Of a DNA stretch of 64,000 nucleotides, positions 1 through 11,720 are shown one piece after another (position 1 is the stretch's first letter; every line of letters begins with the position of its first letter). A model generated the notes under the pieces. The model worked only from the letters and a program-made list of their open reading frames with translations. It did not search any database and was not told the origin of the DNA. The position numbers and the translations under genes were made by a program. The DNA lies in the NCBI GenBank assembly GCA_964036045.1, contig OZ038378.1, positions 141,732,001 to 141,796,000 of the forward strand, given 5' to 3'. Source of the stretch: Eutreptiella sp. 'Long Island Sound 2002'. Taxonomy: Eukaryota; Protista; Euglenida.

Positions 1-1
1 A

Positions 2-2777
2 GATTGTACACGTATCCGTAGGATGAGAGGGCGTGTACGAAGGTTTCCCAGGGGAAGTGAAAACATTTTTCGTGAGGGGATTAATGTTCCCCAACGAAGA
101 GGTGTTCTCCTCTTCATTGGCCCACGGGGCCGTAGGCTCCGTGGGGTGTTCTTCGCCCTTAGGCGTCGCCCTCCACTCGGGAACAGCACGTTCCTTCTGC
201 TTTTCGGCGATTCCCCTCCACGATGTAGGTTCTTGGGGTCGGGGGTGTTCGTGGTGTTCTTCCCCCCCCCTCGGCCACCCCGAATCCGGACAAGCGTTCG
301 GATGGTAGATGCAATCGTGGGATGGGTGGACGGAGAAAGGAAGGACACACCCACCACCGGATGAACCGGATGGCGCGCCCATGGGCCCCGTAGGCGCCGC
401 CGGTGTAGGATCAGGAACGGGCGGAGGCGCCGATGGCGGGGGTAGGACCACCGTAACGGGTTCCGCAGGCGTGGAGTACCAGTGGTCCCACGCATCGATC
501 CTAGATGCAACGGCGGCGTAACGTGTAGCGAGCGACTCCACTGCGCTAAAGCACTTAGCCGTGTTGCCGTTGGACATCTTAAGATAATCTGCCACGCTAG
601 CCTCCACCACCTTAGAATCCCGGCGGTAGCCCTGAACCGCCGCGTCAAATTTAGCCAATGTAGACAAGATTTGGGTCATCCGGTCCCCGTAGGACTGACT
701 GATGCCCATGGTAGAGGCTACTGCCTGAGAAAGTTCCTGATGGGATCGCTGCAACTCTAGATTCTGATTTCGCAGGTCCTTCACCTGTGCCATCAGAGAT
801 TGGATGCACGTTTCGTAGTGCACCGCACACCGGGGACAGCCACAGGTGTGCTGTAGGTCGTCCTCCCCCCGTGTAGGAGTGGGGCCCCCAGAATGTCGAA
901 AGGATGGACCCCCCCCTCCACGAGGAGGAGATGACCCACCACCGCCCCCCCCAGCAGCCCCCCCTGCCACGGAGGGACCAGAGGGCCCCCCCGCAGGGCG
1001 AGACGGGGGTGTGGGGCGCGCAGCAACAGGCGCTGGCGCCCCCCCACTAGAGGGATGTCCCCCCCCCGAACCCCCACCACTAGATGGCCGAACCAGGTGC
1101 GGGATTCCTTGCACGTGCTCGATGTAAGCCACCTGGCGGTGGTGGGGTGACGGCGGAGGGGGAACATGACCAACAGTATTCGGTCGCGGCGGTGGGGGTG
1201 GGGAATCGTCCACCACAATATACTGTGGTGACTCATGAACCACCATAGGTGATCGAGTTCTCGGATGGGAAGCAAAAATAGGCTCCGATCCCGTTGCAAC
1301 CTCTGGATCCCCCCCCCAATTGGGCAGTTGGGGGTCCTCCGTAGGAGATGTATTTGTGGGGGGAGAGACCAAATTTATTGGGAGGGTTGCTGAACCTCCC
1401 TCCACCTGAGTCCCTCCCCCCCAGCAGGGATTGTTGACCTTCGGCATTGCCGGAGAATCATCCACTAGGGATGGACGATCTTTCGTGCCACTCATAGGCA
1501 CTGGAGATGTAGTACCGGCCCGGTCCTCCGTAGGCTCCGGAGATTCCACGACAAGACACGGGCGGTTTTCTGACGCCGCTCATAGGCACCGGAGACTCTT
1601 CCACTGCAATGAACTGAGGGGCCGGAGAGTCCTCCACCGTGATGTAGTGGGGGGCCGGGTATTCTTCCACCAGCATGGGGCGATCCCTGGTCCCTGACAT
1701 AGGTTCAGGAGGTGCAGGCGACGAGGCAACGGAAATAGGGGAATGATGGAGTTCATGACGTTCCAACACTCCAATCTCCTCCTCCTCATCGTCGTTCCAC
1801 TGCTCCACCGCCAGGGGGAACCACTGGTCGCACTCATCCTCCTCGATTTGCGTGGGGGATTCCTCGATGATCGTAGGATTTAGCCTGGATCCGCTCGGGG
1901 GACTGGGATACGCTCCCAAGGCAGGAGATTCCTCCACCAGGGAGGGAAACCGCCGCGATCCACTCATTGGAGTGGGCGACGATTCCACCACAGTGGGGTT
2001 CTGCCTAGTCCCCGACAGGGCTTGCTGGATCAGGGCCACGGCCTCTCGAGCCGGACCCAGATGGCCATGGGGATCAGGCGTGAGCGCGAGGACTCGACGG
2101 TTTTCAGCGTCGAGTTGGTCAACAATGGGGCTGATGGGCCCTGCCGCAAACAGGTTTTTTCTGACCTGAGGCTCTGGCAACCCCCCTAGCGACGGAGGAG
2201 TGCCAGAGTCGACCACGATAGGCCCCATTGGCGAAGCCATCGTACCCCAGTCGGCAGCGCGTGAGGGCGCAGCGTTCGTACGCTCGATCACCCCAGTAGA
2301 TAGGTCGATTACTGCCCGATTCTCGGCGCTAGTAACGGTTCCCGAGCCCATAATAGGCGATTGTGGTCCTCTTATCGCTCCCTGAGGGTGGCCGTCTATT
2401 TCCCCCCCAACCACCCCAGGTGCACCAGCTGGATTTCGAGGATGGGGGGCCCCGATGGGAACATTCGGGGATTTCGGAAACTTAGGATTTGTAGCCACTT
2501 GGGGCTTGGCCCGTTTTTGCGGCCCCTGCCCGGTCGATGGGGTCAGGGCCGAGGAGGTCCTGAGAGTGGGGACCTGGACACCCTCAGCTATCCCTCCCGG
2601 GGAAGAGATTTTAATTTGAATTTGGTCCACGATGTCTTGGACCGATCGCTTTCCGCGATGCCAAACGCCCAACAGAGACGAAAAATTTTCGCCTCTGCTA
2701 CCATGAAACCAGACCGGGTGGTCAGGAGCAGAGGTTGCAGTGGCATGGGCAGCAACATTGCTTGGCACAGAAGACAT
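2..2777 (-). mobile_element. Long retroelement-type (gag-like?) ORF of about 925 codons with one +1 frameshift near 1556; runs off the left window edge
   Basis: Track ORF 1458..2777. Removing one base in CCC GTG T CTT GTC GTG GAA TCT gives a frame I spot-checked at several points and found open to position 2 (KPPVLVVESP..PINLVSPP..YIVVDDSP..SLMAQVKDLRNQNLELQRSHQELSQAV..RIDAWDHWY..). No introns; P/S/G-rich region, then coiled coil. No RT or integrase motif visible. Confidence 0.55.
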
Positions 2778-3032
2778 AACGATAGTGTTGACTGAATAGT
2801 ATCCTGCAAACAGATATGGTACACATAGCCAATGAAATACCTGATAGGCACATGTGAGAAATCCACCCTATCATCCACTAATTGATATACTACTAAACAT
2901 CCAAGATTGCCTTATCTATCCCACATCCTATGTTCCTAACAAGGAAATGGAATATGATATACCCTATCCCACATATATCCCATATATAGGGCCAAATAAT
3001 GCTCCCTTAGGGGTAAAATGCCAGGGTAGGGT

Positions 3033-3407
3033 TGTGACCTGCTTCAACACATCTAGTTAGCAGCTATTGCATAGTTCTAGACCTATGTTTCCATGCCTTG
3101 GAGGTGAAGTGGTAACTTCATCTTTTGAAAAGGTTCGTGACCTAATTTTTTAGTACATGTTGAATTTGAGTTCATACCAGAACAAGTGGCTACTGTATTG
3201 GCCAACCATCCACCCTTCCATGTTGCTGATTATCATTTGTCATGCACATGAAAAGTTGTGAACTACATGTACATGAAGCTTAGGAAGAGAGTGTAATTAA
3301 ATGGTGAATAATTTTTCATATAGGCACTGCTGTAGGCTCTGTATGAGGCCTCTTCAAGCCTAGGAGCGCCTCTATATTTGTGAGCTACCCTCACAAGTTA
3401 GGTTACA
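3033..3407. repeat. Putative LTR (375 bp)
   Basis: AT-rich block bounded by TGTGACCT (3033) and AGGTTACA (3407), a 7/8 inverted match with TG..CA ends. Purine-rich CAGGGTAGGGT lies immediately left. No second copy or TSD in the window. Confidence 0.35.
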
Positions 3408-5919
3408 ACTAGAACACGGCTTAACTACTGATTCACTTAGAGCCTAATGTCTTCATCTTCACTACATGCAGCACACATCTACAGTACATTACTAGGTATA
3501 CATGAGTAATCACATCTACTATGATTGTAATGTGCTTAAATCATGTTCTATGACACTGTAGAAGGTTCTAATGCATCAGAAGCCATTTGGATAGTATTTT
3601 TGGGCTTTCGAAGGCCTGGTCCAATTGTCGCCGTCTTTTGTCCTCTATTACCCATGTGACGAATAGACATTCAGAAAGTTGCTTTGGAAAATTGGGTTTT
3701 GCTGCCTTTCAATAAGATTTGAGGAATACATTAATCTGTACACAAATTTCTCCAGGTTGAGGCATGTGAACCTGTATTATTGGACTAGTCACTTGGTCTA
3801 GTGCCGTCAGCGTGATTTACAGTCGCCCTTTGTGTGCCTTGCAATGTGCTTATTGCCGAGGTAAAGTAGTTTTGGGAAGTTTCTGCCACAAAAGTTTTTA
3901 ACAACACCCTTGAAACTCAAGACAAGCAAACGAAGCCAAGTCTCATTACATACAACAACATGTTCGTGCCATAGTGGACCGTCTAGGGTGGAATTTCTTC
4001 TTGGAACTTTTGTGAACTTTGTAGCTCTTAAGGAGCGATGCTGTCCAAAACCAAAAGCTTTCCGCGCTTTGCTCGTACTCTCTAAAGAAAAAAAATGCTT
4101 CACATAAAAACCGACTGTCTTGAAAACGGCGGACTTTGAAGAAGCTACAGAGGTGGTGCTCCTCATGAGCAGTTGCCATGTGTACACCAGGGTCGGTGCT
4201 CGTGAGGAGCAATACCAAGGTTGGTGCTCCTCAGAACCCTAGGTCCCTGGTTTTCCAGAGCGGCCATCACCCGCCTACCATTCGAACTGTGCCAACATTC
4301 AACAATGTCACCGGTCCTCAGGTCCTTTGCGCGTTTCAATCCAAAGCCGAAGCCTTGGGCATCAGACAAACAACAAAAAATTCATTTGCCACCCCATTCT
4401 TCAGCGGACTCCGCAGTGGGCCCTCATCCTATATGTCGCAGGGGCAACACTAAAAGATCGGGGTTGACTCCCTATCAATGGCCGATACCTACATACCTAC
4501 CTCATTTGCCACTACAGAAGATACAATCAACATTGTTATACCATTTCTTGCTCCAGTTGTTCATTGTAGTGTTGGCTAAGTTCGCTTGCATTCCCTGTAG
4601 ATGTGGCAAAATCTGCCGTCATGAAGATAGATGTTGGTATGTACATCAAACTGCGACTGGTAACCCGGCAGCATATGCTAAGCGCACAACTTCTGGTGTT
4701 AGCATAGAGAGTCTTGAAGATCAAACGCTTTGAAAACCTCTAGGTGATCAATCTCTAGCACACAACGTTGACCGCGACCATGTTAGTGACCATGGCCGCC
4801 CTGTGCAATATGATAAGGAATTGTTTCTTCGGCACCACGTGCACTGTTCCAAAAAGCGCCAATAGAAGAACCTGCGCAAGAAGCTCGCTGTGATCAAGAC
4901 CATGGAGCAGAGTTTGTTGCATGAGACAGCACGTAGAAACTCTATTTTTGCCGAAACCATGGCGCCCCTACACTACTTAGAGTTGCAATTTCGATCTACC
5001 GAGCAAGCCGTTTCACAAGCCAACGTACCAAAGTTTTGCTTAACTTCTGCCATATTGTTTCTCTTGATCAAATGCACCTTTTTCCATTTTACTTATGTTG
5101 TGTTCGCTCTTCATCGACCGCTCCCCATACACTTTCCAACTTGCCGAGCCATCTAACTCAATGCAGACCAACGCTCTACGCCCATACAGTGGTGCATGAC
5201 CTACTTGGATCTTTGGCCTCTAGAAGTGGACTGATTCTGCAACAAGTTCACCTGTGCATTGAATAAGCTTGTCTATGCCTTCGCTTTGTAATGAAAACGA
5301 CTTTTGGGCCAGTTGTTGTTTTCAAAACGCTGCGGCATGGGGATATGCTCAGTCCTCCGGAGTTTACTACAGATTTTGAATAATCCAATTTTTCAAGTTA
5401 CCAAATACAACTGTATTCCGTATCTCTGAGTCTTGCAGCTCCGATTATTGCAACGACATTTCACTTTTCATGGACATTTTCCCCTAAGTCCACATACGAG
5501 GTGTCCTACATATTCTGTGCGATGCATGATGCATGACTTATCCTGCCCTCTCCGCTGAATGTACATCTTTGCCATGGACAGTACTATGGGTGGGGACCCG
5601 AGCAAAGAACCTTGTTCGAACTGGATCACGTGCAAAAAAAATGTCCACGCACGTGTATCCATTTTCCCCCAATCTGTCCCACATACCCATGGTTGATTGA
5701 TTCACGAGTTATATCATCTTTTGTTTGTACGTGCAATTTGACGGAGGGGCCATTTCGGGTAGGGAATGTGGGGACCAATGGAACAGCCGGTCAGTTGGGC
5801 AGAGACTGCTTTCCACAGTATGCCAGGATCCTTCCCGCCAGTATCACTAAGCACGGGCCTGCAAGGAGTCTCTTCACAAATTGTTTGTGGCTTGTGGTCG
5901 CCTATCTATCCTGGTGTTT

Positions 5920-6844
5920 CAAAACGGTGTGTAAGGGTTTTATTTCATTTTTCTTGTGGTTGTTGTTGATGGCTTGTTTCGGAGACAATTGTTGTCGCCA
6001 GACGTTGAAAGATTCCATGCCTCCTGTATGCCATCAGAAGCCCGGCAAGACACTTTCTGTGTACTATATAAACCTCGGAAAGTAGACCGGATTGAAGGAG
6101 GCATATAGAGGCCTTCCAAACGCAACGTGCGTGAACGCTACCTTGCCGTCAAACGAAGAGGTGGATCAGGCTCTGAAAAACGCCCCTCCAAAATTGTTCA
6201 AGCGCCGTAACGCACATCTCTCCCTGCAGGGGATGGTGGGCCTCTTGAGGAGCTAAGAGGGGTTGCTGCATCACGTGCTCCACCTAGGGGGGTCGGGTGA
6301 GCTTTACCTGGTGCTTGAGGATGACGTCACGTTGCATCCGTGCATTGTAGAGCTGCTGCCTTGTGCGGTGGATGCCATCGAAGCATTAGATGCCTCTTGG
6401 CACAGCATCCGGTTTGAATGCTTTTCTCGCTTGGTGTACCTGGACGCAGATGCCAGGCGGCCTCGTCCAAACTTTTTGCATGATGGGCCGGTGCATCGAA
6501 TAAGGCGCCGCTCGACCGACGTCTATGTCAACCATGCGTCGGCTGATGTCGGGCACGGTGCCAACATTACAAATTGTTGGTTTTGTAGCGGGACCCACGC
6601 GTACCTTATCCGCTTCAGTGCACTGAGACAGCTGCTGCACATGCACGAGGTGAACTGGCAGCAGGAGTACTGGGCTGAGGCGGATTGCATGATATTTACC
6701 TTGCCACGGCTGTTGCCCGAGCTGGATCACTTTCGTGTGAACTGGAAACTCGCAAACCCTCACAAGGCTCGCCTGGGCTCTGACATCCGCTCATACCGGC
6801 GCGACAGAAGGCCGGACTTGGGGTTTGCAAACCAGCGGGGTTGA
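5920..6844 (+). pseudogene. Glycosyltransferase family 25-like pseudogene, copy 1
   Basis: Hydrophobic anchor FISFFLWLLLMAC; VYYINL, then shifted frame ESRPD*RRHIEA (GT25 INLxxRxDRR motif); GMVGLLRS*EG, YLVLEDDV, WFCSGTHAYLI. Frameshifts near 6077-6115 and in-frame stop TAA near 6254. No introns seen. Confidence 0.7.
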
Positions 6845-8571
6845 TCGCCGTGATCGCCACAGGGGTTGCCACGCGGAGCCATACCACAGGCTGGTGCAGC
6901 CCATGCGGTTTGACCTGTCGTGGTCAGCTGGGTTGGCTTTAACAGCATGTCTGTCATGGGGAGAACATGGGGGGCCCATTTTATGGGAGGGCGGCAGCAT
7001 GAAAGGTTCACTTTGAAGTCAGCATACAAGTCGGCTGCTCTGCCGCCGGACTCGAACCTTAGGAGCGGTCCTCAAAAACGCCGCCTCAGAAGTGTTCAAG
7101 CGCCGTAGTGCACTCCTCTCCCTGCAGGGGATTAAGTTTTGGAACCTGGTAGTTTTGAAAATAACCGGTTTTCAACGATTATTTTTTCAAAAATAACCGG
7201 TTTTGCCGATTAATTGTTTTCAAAATAACCGGTTTTTCCGATTAATTGCCCTTTACTCACCGAAATCTTGCCATTGGCAGAATAGATCCCATACAAGTCA
7301 GAAGGCGGTGATCAAAACTAAGTCGGAAGTTATAATTCAGCATTGGCCATCGTGTATTACTACCAAAGCCTCTGCTTAGTGCAAAAAGCGGACAAAATGT
7401 ACCGCCCAAAAGAACTCAAAAGTTTGGAACCATTCCGATTAATTGGTTTCAATTAGTTTGCAAAAAGCGGAGCACAAGAACACTGCACAGAACTTGGGAC
7501 GGCAGTACAAAGTATCACCAAGGCCGGTACCAATGCCGGCGATAGAAGCTGACCCCGCCCTCCAAGAGAGCCATGGCTGCCCGCATGCAGCGCGGACGCA
7601 GTCCCAGCACATAGCGGTCCACAGACGAGACTGACCCAACGCAAGAACCCCGGGATGAATCGGTCTCCCGCTCAGCACGTCAGACTGCCGCCACATGAGG
7701 CGGTGATCATGCTGGACCCAACCACACGCAACCATTTAACCCGTGAAGGGCGGGGTGCAGGTGCAACCCCCCCCCCCCCCCCCCCAACTAAACTAGACTT
7801 GGCTGGGGTCCGGTGGGCGGATGGCCGAACCCAGAAGAGGAGCGGCTGCCGTGGGTGGGTGGGCGGGTAAAGACAGAAAAACTGCCTAAGAAAGGTGGCG
7901 CAAACAAAAGTTGAAACGAGGTTCAACTAGTGTTTGCAAAAAGCGGAGCACAAGAACACTGCACAGAACTTGGGTATTCATTCTCCGCCGCAACCCTCCC
8001 TGCCCCCCCCCCCCCGGCCCCAGCCACGCACTGGTGCCATCAGGAACCCGCTGGCCAAAGCAGAGAACCCGAGGGGTGGAAACTGAGTTCTAAACCCCCT
8101 CCAAATAGCACGAACCCCCCTTACCCCCGCCCCCCCCCCCCACCCACCCACAAGTGCCGCTCAATCCATTGCTGTCTCAGATGGCGGGCTTCAGGCCAGC
8201 GCCACTCACACCACTGGAAGAAGTGAGCAGCAAAAGCCTGAATGGATCACTCTGTGTCTGGATATTTTGCTGAGCAGCTGAGTGAAGGGACGTTGTTGGG
8301 TCAGCTGCTGCGCATTTAGACTCCAAATACAAAGGGGCCTCTGATGCACTATCCGAACCTGGAATGCTAAGAAAAGCAGTAAGAAACACATCTGTAAGAG
8401 AAAGGGTACTGGGCTTCTATTCTGCCTGCCACGTGATCGTGCACTCAGAGCCCTCCACTGCGAGCACCCTACCCCAACCCTTGAAATCGTGTCCCTGGGT
8501 TCAGGTCAAGGTGGCTAGTACGCCACTTCACAAAATTCAGGCATTATGTATGATCCGTTTAAATGACCTCC

Positions 8572-8970
8572 CTGCATAGGTCCCCCGGCGAAGGAAGACC
8601 CCCGCCTTCAGAGCAGATGAAGCCGTGCACATGGGCTCTGGCCATGGTGGCTGAGTACCCTACTTTACAACGATCAAAAAGTATCTGTGATCTCAGGCAA
8701 TGAGCTGTCTGCATAGGTCCCCCAGTGAGAGAAGACACCTGTTCCCAGACTGTTCCCAGACCAGACGAACCTGTGCACATGGGCTCTGGCCAGAGCGGCT
8801 GAGTACCCTAGATAACACCTGTGTCCATTGCAATGAAATCTCTGCACAGGTACCCCAGCGAAAGAAGACACCTGTGCTCTGAGCGGATGAATCCGTGCAC
8901 ATGGGCTCTGGCCAAGGTGGCTGAGTACCCTACTTTACAACATTCGGATAACACCTGCATCCTTTGCAAT
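8572..8970. repeat. Three diverged tandem units of about 135 bp inside the hAT-like element
   Basis: Units start CTGCA(T/C)AGG at 8572, 8709 and 8842 and share GTGCACATGGGCTCTGGCCA..GGCTGAGTACCCTA. Confidence 0.9.
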
Positions 8971-8980
8971 GATGGTGGTT

Positions 8981-9705
8981 TTAGTTCCAGTTGTCTTGTG
9001 TGACGGTCTTCTGCGAGACGTACAGGTCCAGCACGCAGTCGGAGAAAGCCGCGTCCTCACGGCGGTATTCGGCGCTCAGCGTGGGCACGTTCCTGAGGAT
9101 GGCGCAGGCGTCCACCAGGGGCTTGAGCAGGGATCGGTGCATGACGTCGCTCTCCAGGTTGCACAGGCCGCCGCGGAAGTCCTCGAGCACCCAGTCGATG
9201 CCCATGTGGTCCACGCCCTCCACTGCTGTGTGAAGGGGCTGAGCTTCGCGTGCAGCTCCTCGAACCAGGTCCAGATGATCTCGGGGACGATGCAGAGCTC
9301 CCCGGCGAAGCTCAGGATCTTCTTCCGCAGGGCCTCCGGGGTGTCGTCCAGGATAATCTGCAGTAAGCAGTCCGACAGCAGCTCGCTCTCCTCCCGCGAC
9401 TCGTTGACGGTGTCGTCGTTGGGGAACAGGTACACGCGGGCGAGCACGTCGTAAGGCCAGGCCTTGCGGACCGTGCCGTAGAAGTCCCGCTCGTCCTCGA
9501 CGAACGGGTCGAGCTCGTGCGGCTTCGCCGCCATGGCCCCCTGCTCCGCCATCATCGCCACCACCGCCGCGCGGTGCTGCGGCAGCGGCACCAGCGCCTC
9601 CTTCCACTAGGTTGCGAACTCGTGCAGGATCGTCCGGAAGGCCATGGACCGCTCGAACTCGACGGACTGCAGCATTTCTCAAAGAGCTGCCATGTCTGGG
9701 CTCAT
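8981..9705 (-). pseudogene. Intronless decayed copy of an unknown ~240-aa helical protein gene
   Basis: Strongly GC3-biased frame MSPDMAAL*EMLQSVEFERSMAFRTILHEFAT*WKEALVPL..FAGELCIVPEIIWTWFEELHAKLSPFT / AVEGVDHMGIDWVLEDF..QDNWN*. Stops at 9679-9681 and 9607-9609; an extra CA near 9228 joins track ORFs 9076..9591 and 8981..9793. Family not recognised. Confidence 0.75.
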
Positions 9706-9920
9706 GTGGGTGAGGCGGGGGGGGGGGGGGAGCAACCCCCCTCCTCCCAATAATAAAGACAGAAAAACTGCCTAAGAAAGGAGGCGCAAACAAAAGTTGA
9801 AACGAGGTTCAACTAGTGTTTTCAAAACTATCGGTTGTGCCAATTGTTTTGAAAATAACCTCCGATGATTGCTGATAACCGGTGTTTCCGATTAATTGGT
9901 AAAACCGGTTCCCAACCCTA

Positions 9921-10515
9921 CAGGGGATGGTGAGTCTCTTGAGGAGCTTGGAGGGGTTGCTGCATCACCTGCTCCACGTAGGGCGGTTGGGTGAGCTTTA
10001 CCTGGTGATTGAGGATGACATCACGTTGCATCAGCGCTTTGCAGAGCTGCTGCCTTGTGCGGTGGATGCCGTCAAAGCCGTACACGCCTCTTGGCGCAGT
10101 ATCCGGTTTGATTGCTTTTCTCGCTTCATGTACCTGAACAAAATTGCCATGCGGCCTCGTTCAAGGTTTTCGCATGATGGGCCGCTGAATTGTCTGTGTC
10201 ACCAATGCGTCGGCTGATGTGGGGCACAGTGTCAACATTACAGGTTGTTGGTTTTGTGGCGGGACCCACGCGTACCTTATCCGCTTCAGTGCACTGAGAC
10301 AGCTGCTGCACATGCACGAGGTGAACTGGCAGCAGGCGTACTGGGCTGAGGCCGTTCCCATGATATTTCGCTTATCACAGCTTTTGCCCGAGCTCGATCC
10401 CTTCTGTGTGAACTGGTAGCTCGCAAAGCCTCACAAGGCTCGCCTGGGCTTTGACATCCGCTCATACCGGCGCGACAGAAGGCCGGACTTGGGGTTTGCA
10501 AACCAGCGGGGTTGA
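9921..10515 (+). pseudogene. GT25-like pseudogene, copy 2 (3' part; 5' stub at about 7060-7132)
   Basis: Aligns by eye to 6228-6844 (GMVSLLRSLEGLLHH..LVIEDDI..GTHAYLIRF). It has its own lesions: a deletion/frameshift near 10190-10215 and TAG at 10417-10419. The 3' flank 10516-10672 matches 6845-7001. Confidence 0.75.
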
Positions 10516-11439
10516 TCGCCGTGACCGCCCGAGGGGTTGCCACACAGTGCCACACCACGGGCTGGTGCAGCCCATGCGGTCTGACGTGTCATGGTCAGCT
10601 GGGTTGGCTTTAACAGCATGTGTGTCATGGGGTGAGCATTGGGGGCCCATTTCATGGGAGGGCAGCAGCATGCGAGGGGGCGGGTGCGAAAAGCTTTTTC
10701 GAGCCGTCACCAATTTTCCAACGCGACTTCGTGTCCGAGTAACATCATACGCATGGGAGTATGTACAATGTTTGCTTTCCTGTTGGCGCACCCAGGGACA
10801 CAGAACGTGCTGCAGGGTACCTAAATGTGACTAATGGTAGCTGCAGTGCTTTGGGTGCCATGGTGTGGAAAGGGGTTCAATGTCAAGAAAGGTGTTGGCT
10901 TTCATGAGGCCACCAGGGTATGAGGGCCCTGGGATAGAAGGAGCTGTTGAAGCAGGGTCCTTGGGGAACTGAGTCTACCATTGATCATCGTTGGCTTTCT
11001 TTTTTTCGCTTTCATTTTACCGCTGTATGAATACATACAATTTGTCTTTGAACCGAAGCTGGGGTCCTGGCCTTGATGGGCAAGCGCATTTTACAACTTT
11101 CAAAGGAGTCAAACCTTGAACGAAATCACGCCCCTAGATTAGAAAATCGCAACAGGGGCTTCTGGATACAATGCTGGGGTCGGCGTGTAATGCTGGCACT
11201 GACTCGGCCAACCGGTCCCCCTGACTTAGGCACACGAGGCCTAGGCAGTCATCACCCACCAGTTAGACCCACCACACAAACTAAAAAAAGAAGCCGTCCA
11301 GTGCATGAACACAGACCTAGTAGGCACAGACACAGTCGTGGTCAAGCAACAATTGAAAAATTAGGTTTAATCGTAAACTACAGATGTGAAACAAAGCGAT
11401 GCTTGACAGGCAGAACCCCTGCCTTTCCGGAGGCCCGGA

Positions 11440-11720
11440 ATTGAACGGAACGGCTACGAAACCACTGCAATCTCAGTGGCTCCATAACCCCTGCCATCTC
11501 AGGGGCCCAGATTTGAGCAACATAGCCCTCCATTGTGCAACCTTGGCACAGCTGAAAAGGGGCAGAACATCAGAAGTGGCTAAGTAACCCCTGGCTTCTC
11601 CGTGCCAAAAGTTGGGTGAAATGCAACATAGCCCCAGCCCTCTCCGGTGTCCCCAGGAAAGAGTACGGCCTAAGGTGCCTGCATAACTTTGCCTTGGCGG
11701 GGGCTTAGTATTGCACGGAA
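11440..11720. repeat. Dispersed repeat family (AGTGGCT..AACCCCTGCC.TCTC.GGGG modules); relative at about 29720-29960
   Basis: Internally repeated module seen at 11474, 11575, 11726 and at 29725, 29821. Confidence 0.55.

Larger units (their letters stand above)
7133..9920. mobile_element. Non-autonomous hAT-like DNA transposon (2788 bp) carrying a captured gene copy
   Basis: Exact 8-bp TSD CAGGGGAT at 7125-7132 and 9921-9928. TIRs TAAGTTTTGGAACC / GGTTCCCAACCCTA match 11/14. Subterminal AAAATAACCGG and GATTAATTG repeats at both ends. The paralogous empty site CTGCAGGGGATGGTG is in copy 1 near 6225-6239. No transposase. Confidence 0.85.

Noticed and set aside
3560-5460. Possible decayed transposase or retroelement coding region
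   Set aside because: Frames I translated are fragmented and show no diagnostic motif.
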